Below, piece after piece: positions 25,505 to 32,515 of a stretch of 43,949 nt of DNA. The notes beneath the pieces were generated by a model. The model ran no database searches and was not told the origin of the DNA. It saw only the letters and a list, made by a program, of their open reading frames with translations. This stretch comes from a virus: IMG/VR virus record IMGVR_UViG_3300045988_155612; one strand, given 5' to 3'. A program made the translations under genes and the position numbers. Every line of letters starts with the position of its first letter. Position 1 is the first letter of the stretch.

Positions 25505-25837
25505 TCAGTCAATCGCGTCGACCTCGCCGGCTCTCATAGCAGCCAGAATCGCGTTGAGCTCGTTTGCGAGGAAGCGGTGACACATGCGCAGCTTCATGTC
25601 AAGCTCCTTCTTCGTATACTTGCGGTCGACCGCTTTAAGGTAGTCATACCACGGGGAAAAGTCCGGGTCGAAGAGCATACAATGCGTTTCGTCATAGCAA
25701 AGCTCGAATACCTTCTTTACCTCAAAGCATTTACTAAAATGCTCTGCCGACCGGCGAACGGTCCAGTTTGTGGCCTTTACGGCGTCAGCGCACCGCTGCA
25801 GAGCGGAGTAGCTGTAGCAAGCGCGTTGGAAATTCAT
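25505..25837 (-). CDS. Hypothetical Cys/His-rich protein (110 aa)
   Basis: TAAGGAGG RBS. No motif I recognise. Confidence 0.6.
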   Translation of the reverse strand: MNFQRACYSYSALQRCADAVKATNWTVRRSAEHFSKCFEVKKVFELCYDETHCMLFDPDFSPWYDYLKAVDRKYTKKELDMKLRMCHRFLANELNAILAAMRAGEVDAID

Positions 25838-25947
25838 AGAATCGTTACCTCCTTAGGGTTTACTTTCTCGTCTGAACGCGATATAATATATGAACACTCT
25901 TAAGCTCAGCCAGTCTTGTGACCGGCCAAGCTCTCGAGCGGACGAGG

Positions 25948-26052
25948 TTAGTCGTCAGTTACGTATTCAAGGTACTCGGTGTCTGTCGCGAAGAGCATGT
26001 ACTCTCCGTTTACCAAGCCCATGAATCCGTAGTCGGTGTGATAGCCGTCCAT
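25948..26052 (-). CDS. Possible 34-aa acidic micro-ORF (MDGYHTDYGFMGLVNGEYMLFATDTEYLEYVTDD)
   Basis: Not in the supplied ORF track because it is shorter than 60 aa. GAAAGGAGG lies 7 nt upstream of the ATG. Translated by hand. Confidence 0.45.
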   Translation of the reverse strand: MDGYHTDYGFMGLVNGEYMLFATDTEYLEYVTDD

Positions 26053-26119
26053 GATTGACCTCCTTTCTGAGCTCTCGTTGCTGGAACAACGGGGGCTCTT
26101 TTCTTTGTCAAGGCTTTCC

Positions 26120-26211
26120 CCTTGACAATTATTATTTTACCGTGTTTGGTAAGAAAAGGGAGCGCGCAAAACTGCCGGGATTCTGCGAACTTTCCGTTGC
26201 ATTTCTACCGC
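26120..26211 (-). repeat. Intergenic repeat family 1, copy 3 (upstream of the 34-aa micro-ORF, just after the endolysin terminator)
   Basis: Core gggagcgcgcaaaactgccgggattctgcgaactttccgttgcatttctaccgc. Confidence 0.85.
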
Positions 26212-26259
26212 AAATAGTAAAAGGCCGGAGCCGTCCCACGAAGGAACGACTCCGGCCTT
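26212..26259 (-). terminator. Terminator after the endolysin gene
   Basis: On the minus strand: AAGGCCGGAG...CTCCGGCCTT (10-bp stem) followed by TTTTACTATTTG. Confidence 0.6.
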
Positions 26260-26264
26260 ATCTC

Positions 26265-27188
26265 TTAGGCGAACTGATTTACTTTTTTCTGTACGGCGGC
26301 ATAGTCATACCCAGCGGCCTCAAGCCGCTTTTTACGCTCCGCACCGTTGCCCCACTTGCCTTGCAGGACCTCCCGAGCGAGCTCGTCTACCGACTTGCCC
26401 GCACCCTCCGCAGTAGTGATGAAGGCCGAAAAGCCCGCGGCTTGCAGCTTCTTCATCATAGCTTCCGCGTTCGCCTTGACCTTGAAGGCCCCGACCTGAA
26501 TCTTGTAGAGGTCTCCGGCCTTCACCATATAGGTGTCGAAGCCTTTCGCCTTGACCTTAGCCAGCATGGCGTCTGCGTTTGCCTTAGACTTAAAAGCACC
26601 CGTCTGGACGCGATACAAGCCCCCAGACGGCTTTTCAGGCGCGGGCTTGATATTCGTACTCCCGAGGCGTTTGTTGACCTCAGAGGCAATCTGGGCGTGC
26701 CGTTCGTAGAGGTATGTACCGGGGCAGCTCTTATTCGCAAACCAACGGTGTACGGTCATGTTCTGCTTGTCCGGCTGACCGATAAGAGACTTGTCAGCCT
26801 TCCACTTGAGTTCCTTGATTCCGTTACGCTTGCAAATATCGACGAGCAGGTCGATAAGCGCGGCATAGGCCTTCGCATTGACCGCGTAAGGCTCTTTGGT
26901 GTCGCTGGCGACCTCAATCGTAATTGCGCGGTTGTCGTTCGCCGCGTTCGAGGAGCACCACGAGCGGTCTTTCTCCTCGACATACATACCGATACGGCCG
27001 TCATACCCGATACCGTAGTTGCTGGACGCCTGCCGAGAGGTGGGCGCGAACACGTTGCCGAGGGTCTCGACCGAGCATTGACCGACTACGCAATGGATAG
27101 TTACGGTATCGATTTTGTGGTTGCGAGGGCTCGACTTATTCGGCGAGATTTTTGTATAGCTTACGAGCGGGCTGTTACTCATTCTCAA
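26265..27188 (-). CDS. Endolysin: N-acetylmuramoyl-L-alanine amidase, two SPOR-like repeats and a CW_7-like C-terminus
   Basis: Amidase_2-like N-terminus (IDTVTIHCVVG..., NDNRAITIEV). SPOR-like LYRVQTGAFKSKANADAM and LYKIQVGAFKVKANAEAM. C-terminal GKWGNGAERKKRLEAAGYDYAAVQKKVN. Confidence 0.85.
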   Translation of the reverse strand: MRMSNSPLVSYTKISPNKSSPRNHKIDTVTIHCVVGQCSVETLGNVFAPTSRQASSNYGIGYDGRIGMYVEEKDRSWCSSNAANDNRAITIEVASDTKEPYAVNAKAYAALIDLLVDICKRNGIKELKWKADKSLIGQPDKQNMTVHRWFANKSCPGTYLYERHAQIASEVNKRLGSTNIKPAPEKPSGGLYRVQTGAFKSKANADAMLAKVKAKGFDTYMVKAGDLYKIQVGAFKVKANAEAMMKKLQAAGFSAFITTAEGAGKSVDELAREVLQGKWGNGAERKKRLEAAGYDYAAVQKKVNQFA

Positions 27189-27564
27189 TACCTCCTTCTG
27201 TCTTAGCGTTCAGGATTGCCACGAACTTAGTAAAGGCCTCCTTGATGTACTTGCAGGCCACGAGTAGCACGGCACCGATGATAATAAGGTCAGCGAAGAG
27301 GTCGGAGTACTCCTCGGGAATCGCCCAGCCGACTTGATTTGCGAACAGGGGCAGAGTCGTGATTGCCGTACAGAGCAGCGTCAGGCCGACCACGAAGGTC
27401 AGAATCTTAAGGCCGCTCGCAATGAGCTTGTCCTTGTCAAAGGACTCATGCAGAATCTTGATGTTGTACCAGAGCGAAAATGCGACATTCGCAAGGTACG
27501 CAGCGAGGAAGATAAGCATAGCCCAGCCGATGTTGATAAGGTTTTGCAGTACGCTTTCTAACAT
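27175..27564 (-). CDS. Putative holin (multi-TM)
   Basis: Start trimmed to MLESVLQN, preceded by AAAGGAGG. Several hydrophobic helices. Immediately upstream of the endolysin gene. Confidence 0.65.
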   Translation of the reverse strand: MLESVLQNLINIGWAMLIFLAAYLANVAFSLWYNIKILHESFDKDKLIASGLKILTFVVGLTLLCTAITTLPLFANQVGWAIPEEYSDLFADLIIIGAVLLVACKYIKEAFTKFVAILNAKTEGGIENE

Positions 27565-27568
27565 GTTT

Positions 27569-27826
27569 TCAGTCCTCCTTTGAATCATTGTATATATCAG
27601 GCCCGTATTTCTTACGGAGCTTGATTCGGTTTTCGGCTTTTGCCTTACTATAGTAGAAGCCGGTCGCAGTAGCGAGCTCGGCAAAGATGGCGGGGATAAG
27701 GTATGCAAGCGGCGAAGTGTCGCCAGTTTTCCAAACGACGGCCAAAGTAAAGACCGTTACGATATCCGTAGCGGTCCCAACAATGGCGATTATGATTTTG
27801 GAAAACTCTCGTTTCTTAGCTCTCAT
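27569..27826 (-). CDS. Small two-TM membrane protein (holin/antiholin candidate)
   Basis: Hydrophobic segments IIIAIVGTATDIVTVFTLAVVW and LAYLIPAIFAELATATGFYY, with a charged C-terminus. Confidence 0.6.
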   Translation of the reverse strand: MRAKKREFSKIIIAIVGTATDIVTVFTLAVVWKTGDTSPLAYLIPAIFAELATATGFYYSKAKAENRIKLRKKYGPDIYNDSKED

Positions 27827-28130
27827 CGGGCGGCGATACCGGCAGCTCCAAGAACTTGTTATGGAGGTCGTCCATAACGCCGTTCACACCGAGAGAGTGG
27901 TACTGCTTCCAGCAGTTTTCAAAGTTCTCCCGGGCGTAGATAGGAGCGAAGCCGCGGTCCTCCCATTTGTTGTAGTCGCTAATCATCTGCGACCTGAGCA
28001 AGGCTTGCAGTCCCGCCTTTACCGCAGCCGTGTCCAGAGCGTTCTTCTTGACGAGGGAGTGTAGGTACTTGAAGATGGCCGCAATGAGCGCAGGCACGCC
28101 CAAAAGACAGAGCCATTGATAAACCGTCAT
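27816..28130 (-). CDS. Membrane-anchored protein of the lysis cassette
   Basis: N-terminal TM segment WLCLLGVPALIAAIF. Function unknown. Confidence 0.55.
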   Translation of the reverse strand: MTVYQWLCLLGVPALIAAIFKYLHSLVKKNALDTAAVKAGLQALLRSQMISDYNKWEDRGFAPIYARENFENCWKQYHSLGVNGVMDDLHNKFLELPVSPPDES

Positions 28131-28816
28131 TCAGTAACCTCCTCCCAGCCGTAGACGCCCGGCTCCCATACATTGTTGGCGACTGTGCTTGTCCAGCGCT
28201 TGCCGTTGTGCGCTACCTTATCGCCGAGACCATAGGCGTCAGTTGCGCCGAGCGGCTGAGACCATTCGGGGTATTCCGCGGTGGGGTCTCCGATTTCCTT
28301 CCAGAGACTTGCGGCCGAGGGAGGCGTCCAATCTGCCTGAGAGGTATGCGCCTGCAAGCAGCGGTAGAGCTTGCCCTCATAGGAGCAGATAGCCTTGACA
28401 GCATAGCTTACGGGGTACGCCCATGCGCTGAACTGCTCGGCATGCTCCGTGAGGGTCGTGTCGTCGAGCTGCTCAGTTTCCGCCATCTTGACAAAGATGA
28501 TATTCGCAAGCTCAGGAGCCTGCGCCTTTGCAAGTGCGGTCAAGTTCGCCTCGGTCGTGTAGAACTCCCCGGCATGGTAGAAGTAAAAGCCGGCGACGAC
28601 TCCCGCAGGAACGCTCTCGACCTCGACGAGCTTATGACTGTCGCAGAGGTAGCCGACCGTTTCAGTAGGCCAGAAGGTGTTGGAGTCGTTCGAGTAAATC
28701 GCGTCGGCTTTGTCCTGCTCACTGAGAACGACGACGCCGTTTGCCTGCCTGCGAACATAACAGGGGTGCTCGCAGATTTCGACAATGAGATTTGCCGAGT
28801 TTGTGATTAAGTACAT
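28127..28816 (-). CDS. Protein with two C-terminal CBM5/12 (ChtBD3)-like carbohydrate-binding repeats
   Basis: YEGKLYRCLQAHTSQADWTPPSAASLWKEI and GDKVAHNGKRWTSTVANNVWEPGVYGWEEV. Start chosen at MYLITN, preceded by TGGAGGAAAG. Confidence 0.6.
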   Translation of the reverse strand: MYLITNSANLIVEICEHPCYVRRQANGVVVLSEQDKADAIYSNDSNTFWPTETVGYLCDSHKLVEVESVPAGVVAGFYFYHAGEFYTTEANLTALAKAQAPELANIIFVKMAETEQLDDTTLTEHAEQFSAWAYPVSYAVKAICSYEGKLYRCLQAHTSQADWTPPSAASLWKEIGDPTAEYPEWSQPLGATDAYGLGDKVAHNGKRWTSTVANNVWEPGVYGWEEVTE

Positions 28817-30000
28817 AACGCTTTCCTCCATTCGATTTTATTGTTCGGGTGGAATCCAAACAGTTTCTTAAAATATAGGTCCATGCGTGCTACAGCGTGA
28901 AAGCTGTTACCGCGGCGCATGTGCCCGCGCCAGCTTTCATAGGCGCTGCAAATATCCGAGAGCGGGAATACGCGCCGGACGGGTTTCCCGGCGATTGTCA
29001 CGACTCGGCCCTCAGTATTCCAGAGCTTGAACTTTTTGAGCTTGCGTCGGATTTTCTTAATACTCTCAAAGCTCATCTTGCGGAGTACCTTGCCGGTCTC
29101 CGTCAGCTTGAAGCGGATTTGCAAGAACTTGAAGCCCTCGCTGAGCTTCTTGATTTTTGTCTTTTTCGTATTAAGAACGATACCGAGAGAATCACAGACC
29201 TCTTTCATGCGAGCAAGACACTCTTTGAGGTATTCCTTGCTCGGGTGAATCAGGTAGCCGTCGTCCATGTATCGGGCGTACCCTTTTATGCCGAGCTTTT
29301 CTTTGATGAAGTGGTCGAGCTTATTCGGCAGCATAAGAGCGGCAGTCTGTGAGATTTGACTTCCGAGCCCGTAGCCGATGGGACCGAAGTTATCGAGGCA
29401 CTCGTTCGCAAGAGCCCTGATTCTCACGTCATGCACGCGCTTTGCCAGCTCACGGCTGACCGGCCAGTGCTGAGCGTTGGCGAAGTAGTTGGAAAAATCA
29501 AAGAGAAGAACATAGCCCTCGCGCCCGTATTTCCTGTAATGCCTTTGCAAGTGGCAGGAGGGGCGGTTAAGAGCGAAGTCGATTCCCTTGTTCTCAGTAC
29601 TTGCGCCGTTGTCATAGATGAATGCCGGCTTGAGCGTCGGGTTTATGACCTTATCGCAGAGCGTTCTCTGCACGACGCGCTCGCTGATATGAATACTTCT
29701 GATATGCCGCATTTTCCCTCGGTCGTAGAGGTCAAACTCAATAAAGCCTCTGCTCTTATACGACCCGTCGAGAAGCGTGCGGCGCGTTGTCGCCGTATTC
29801 GTTACAAGGTTGAAACGGTACATTTGCGTAGAGCTTTTCCAGCTAACGCCGCGGCAGCAAATATGCCCGGCCTGATATAGATTTTCATAAGAAAAGACGT
29901 CCTCAAAGTCTCCGCAGGATTTGCTGAGAGCGAGGCGTCTTTCTTGTCGTTTCTTGACTCGCCTTTGATAGCGAGCCTCGTGTCTTTCTTCGCTTGTCAT
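28807..30000 (-). CDS. DGR reverse transcriptase
   Basis: YMDD box (GYARYMDDGYLIH) and the DGR-type motif LGSQISQ. Lies next to the TR. Start trimmed to MTSEERHEARY. Confidence 0.9.
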   Translation of the reverse strand: MTSEERHEARYQRRVKKRQERRLALSKSCGDFEDVFSYENLYQAGHICCRGVSWKSSTQMYRFNLVTNTATTRRTLLDGSYKSRGFIEFDLYDRGKMRHIRSIHISERVVQRTLCDKVINPTLKPAFIYDNGASTENKGIDFALNRPSCHLQRHYRKYGREGYVLLFDFSNYFANAQHWPVSRELAKRVHDVRIRALANECLDNFGPIGYGLGSQISQTAALMLPNKLDHFIKEKLGIKGYARYMDDGYLIHPSKEYLKECLARMKEVCDSLGIVLNTKKTKIKKLSEGFKFLQIRFKLTETGKVLRKMSFESIKKIRRKLKKFKLWNTEGRVVTIAGKPVRRVFPLSDICSAYESWRGHMRRGNSFHAVARMDLYFKKLFGFHPNNKIEWRKALCT

Positions 30001-30231
30001 TAAAAATTGTCCCCTTTGTACAGTGTTGCACGCGTAAAAGTAACTGCATAGTAGTACCGCCCATGAAACACGGTCCGCGTAAACCGTGCCATGCAAGCAG
30101 CGTCCGAGCGACTACATCAAAGGAGTGTTTTAGCCAAAAGGCAGGGTACGAGTCATCCTTCCATAAAGGTACTGATTTCAGCGGGAGACGCAAGCGTCTA
30201 CTGCTTACTTTGTCGGACCTGATTCCTTATG

Positions 30232-30356
30232 GAATCCGAAGCAGACGCCGTTGGTGTTGTTGGCGTTGTTATTGTTCGCGTTGCCGTTGCTGTTCACATT
30301 GCAGAAGTTGTTGGAGTTGCTCCCATTAGGAGAACGCTCCCACCACCAGTTCGCGG
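30232..30356 (-). repeat. DGR template repeat (TR), non-coding
   Basis: On the minus strand it reads TGGTGGTGGGAGCGTTCTCCTAATGGGAGCAACTCCAACAACTTCTGCAATGTGAACAGCAACGGCAACGCGAACAATAACAACGCCAACAACACCAACGGCGTCTGCTTCGGATTC, which is rich in AAC codons. It lies between avd and the RT gene. Confidence 0.92.
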
Positions 30357-30395
30357 CGCAAAGACAACAGTATCATGACAGGACCCATATATCGG

Positions 30396-30821
30396 TCAGG
30401 GCAGATTCTTGAATCGCTCCTTATCCGATTTCTTTACGCCGGAAATTAGCTTAGCTTCTTCGCTGATGAGAGAAGCCCACTCCTCGAGAGCATTATCAAG
30501 CCAGCGCAGCTTTTCAGGATTCTGCTTGAGAAGGTCGGCCATGATTCCGAGCTGACCGATAAGCGCCTGAAGTGTAGCGTTAGCCTCGATAAGGTGGTCT
30601 CGTCGGAGCTGTACTTCATGCTGATTTCCGGGAAAAACGCTGTTCGCCATTTTGACCTCATTGTAGACGGTATCGGCGAGAGTGCTTAGTTCCTGAGCGC
30701 CGTAGAAGGTATACCTCTTCGGCATTTTCAGGCAGCATTTTCTTGTATGCACAGCGAGATTGCGCGCGGTCTCAACGAACTGGACCGAGCTATCGCCGCG
30801 CAGTGCTTTATATACTGACAT
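30396..30821 (-). CDS. avd: Accessory variability determinant (Avd; four-helix-bundle, 23S-rRNA-IVS protein family)
   Basis: 141 aa, helical, with ...CLKMPKRYTFYGAQEL.... Lies between the VR-bearing gene and the TR. AGGAGG RBS. Confidence 0.8.
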   Translation of the reverse strand: MSVYKALRGDSSVQFVETARNLAVHTRKCCLKMPKRYTFYGAQELSTLADTVYNEVKMANSVFPGNQHEVQLRRDHLIEANATLQALIGQLGIMADLLKQNPEKLRWLDNALEEWASLISEEAKLISGVKKSDKERFKNLP

Positions 30822-30840
30822 AGTTCGCTTTTTCCTCCTA

Positions 30841-30861
30841 CCGGGGCCACAAGGGCCCCGG
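30841..30861 (-). promoter_or_regulatory. GC hairpin downstream of VR1 (DGR target-recognition hairpin/cruciform candidate)
   Basis: ccggggcc-acaag-ggccccgg: an 8-bp perfect stem, about 20 nt past the stop codon. Confidence 0.75.
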
Positions 30862-30880
30862 ATTGACTAAAGATAGTAGA

Positions 30881-32515
30881 TTAAACACAGAAGCCGAAGC
30901 AGACGCCGTCGGCGTCGCTGGCGTTGCTACCGCGCGCGTTGCCGCTGCTGTCCACACCGCAGAAGCTGTAGGAGCCGCTCCCATAAGGAGAACGCTCCCA
31001 CCACCAGCTCGCGGACCCTGTACCGTTGGCGAGGTACTTGATTCTGTTTGCCGCGGTTGCGAAGTAGCTGTACTGCGAGCCCTCGCCGGCTTTCGAGTAG
31101 GTAGTCGCGCCGAAAATCTCAATCTCAGAGAAGAGGAAGAGCTTCATCGAGTTTGTGTTGATAGTCGAGCTCTGACTGCCCGCAGAGGTCTTTTTATTGA
31201 CGTTCTTGAGCACAGCTTGCAGGTCAGTCGGCAGAGTCGGCAAAAGCGTGTTTTGCAGCCACGAGTACATTTCAGAGCCGGTAAAGCCGCCGCTGTTCGT
31301 ATTCGAGGCATTCATTCGGCGCGTAGTTGCCATAAGGTTTTTCAGGCCAAGGGTAATACCGGCTTTACCGCCGCTTGCGAGGTCGTCGTGATTGAAGCCC
31401 ATAATTACGAGCGTCAGGGTCTCACTTCCGACCGTGATGTCCTTCGTATCGCCGACAGACCAGAGCTGAGAAGCCTTGCCTGCGGCAGACGCCTTAGCAA
31501 TCTGCGCCCATGTGTTTTTGGAGAAGGTCGCATTGAAGAACAGACACTCGATGGAGTAGGTCTGCCCGGAGGTCGTGATTGCCACGCTCACGGGGTCGGT
31601 CGTCTCTCCGCTCTTCGTAGCGGTAACGGTATAGGTACCGAACGCGGTAATCGTCAGGGAGAGCACGCCACTCGAAGGCACGGTGCCGGTAAAGGTCTTC
31701 GCGCCGTTTGTGGCGGTAACGGTGGCACCGGGGTCCGAAGTTACCTTCAAGGTCGCAGAGAAATAGGAGAGCGAGATTTTATACTGCTTTACATCGTCAA
31801 CGACAACGTTCTCAGTCGCGGTCTGCCCGTCCTTTACTGCCGTTACGACCCATGTGCCGTACCCCGTCAGGTTGAAGGTCACGGTACCGGTGCTTGTCGC
31901 GGTCAAGGTCTTAGAGCCGCATTTACAGGTAACGGAGCTGCCACTCGGGATTGTGGCGATAATCTGAGGAGGCACGCCGACCGTACCAAGCTGAGATTCG
32001 GGAATCTTACCGTCGCTTCCCAGAGTAGCCACTCCGCCTGCCGCGCCTTTCTGCGAGGTAGGAATATAGCCGAGAGCGGGAATTTGCGCGACCGGGACTT
32101 TCTTATTCGCATCAAGGGACGCGACGCCATTTGCGGCGGCCTTCTGAGAAGTTGGAATGTAATTGAGCGAAGGAAGCTGTCCCGAGGGGACCTTGCCGTC
32201 AGCGCCCAGACTCGCAACGCCTCCTGCGGTGCCCTTTTGAGAAGCGGGGATATAGTCCATAGCGGGAAGCTGCCCCGAGGGGACCTTGCCGTCAGAGCCG
32301 AGGCTTGCGACGCCTCCCGCAGCCCCTTTCTGTGAAGCCGGGATATAGGACAGGCTCGGAAGCTGGCTCTCTTTCAGCTTGCCGGATTCGTCGAGGTCTG
32401 CCTTGTCCTTGAGTGCGGCGTCGATTTTATCCGCGTTCTCATTGAGGTCTGCAATGTCCGCGAAGTCTTCCGGCGCCGGCTTTTTCAGTTTGTAGTTGTC
32501 TGTGTAGGTAGCCAT
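30881..32515 (-). CDS. Tail fibre / receptor-binding protein carrying DGR VR1 at its C-terminus
   Basis: Start trimmed to MATYTDNYKLKKPAPEDF (TAATG overlap with the upstream gene). Four 31-aa repeats, Ig-like Thr/Ser-rich segments, and a C-terminal ...WWWERSPYGSGSYSFCGVDSSGNARGSNASDADGVCFGFCV. Confidence 0.88.
   Translation of the reverse strand: MATYTDNYKLKKPAPEDFADIADLNENADKIDAALKDKADLDESGKLKESQLPSLSYIPASQKGAAGGVASLGSDGKVPSGQLPAMDYIPASQKGTAGGVASLGADGKVPSGQLPSLNYIPTSQKAAANGVASLDANKKVPVAQIPALGYIPTSQKGAAGGVATLGSDGKIPESQLGTVGVPPQIIATIPSGSSVTCKCGSKTLTATSTGTVTFNLTGYGTWVVTAVKDGQTATENVVVDDVKQYKISLSYFSATLKVTSDPGATVTATNGAKTFTGTVPSSGVLSLTITAFGTYTVTATKSGETTDPVSVAITTSGQTYSIECLFFNATFSKNTWAQIAKASAAGKASQLWSVGDTKDITVGSETLTLVIMGFNHDDLASGGKAGITLGLKNLMATTRRMNASNTNSGGFTGSEMYSWLQNTLLPTLPTDLQAVLKNVNKKTSAGSQSSTINTNSMKLFLFSEIEIFGATTYSKAGEGSQYSYFATAANRIKYLANGTGSASWWWERSPYGSGSYSFCGVDSSGNARGSNASDADGVCFGFCV
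30890..31014 (-). repeat. DGR variable repeat VR1 (3' end of the tail-fibre gene)
   Basis: 125-nt alignment to the TR with 20 mismatches, all at TR adenines on the coding strand. Confidence 0.92.
31991..32362 (-). repeat. Four tandem 93-nt (31-aa) repeats inside the tail-fibre gene
   Basis: LPSLSYIPASQKGAAGGVASLGSDGKVPSGQ / LPAMDYIPASQKGTAGGVASLGADGKVPSGQ / LPSLNYIPTSQKAAANGVASLDANKKVPVAQ / IPALGYIPTSQKGAAGGVATLGSDGKIPESQ. Confidence 0.85.

Larger units (their letters stand above)
28807..32515 (-). mobile_element. Diversity-generating retroelement core cassette (target/VR1 - avd - TR - RT)
   Basis: See the TR/VR alignment in the findings. Every TR/VR mismatch lies at a TR adenine. Confidence 0.92.

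Noticed and set aside
25880-25947. Hairpin gccggtc-acaa-gactggc after the 34-aa micro-ORF, as a third DGR target-type hairpin.
   Set aside because: The loop orientation is opposite to that of the two VR hairpins, the stem contains a G-T pair, and no TR-like sequence or WWWERSP-type ORF end precedes it.
22391-26211. The repeat families as a CRISPR array or as MITE-type transposable elements.
   Set aside because: The copies are kilobases apart and separated by genes, so there is no regular repeat-spacer periodicity. I saw no terminal inverted repeats with target-site duplications and no transposase gene.
28807-30000. The RT as a retron, group II intron or Abi-type defence RT.
   Set aside because: An adjacent TR with two A-mutated VRs, an Avd-like ORF and the LGxxxSQ motif all point to a DGR. 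I saw no msr/msd-like inverted repeats or intron domains.
29994-30329. Track ORFs covering the TR region (29994..30329 on the plus strand, 29903..30193 on the minus strand) as possible coding sequence.
   Set aside because: The segment is the DGR TR plus the TR-RT spacer. The plus-strand frame is an Arg/Cys-rich artefact of the AAC-rich repeat, and there is no RBS.
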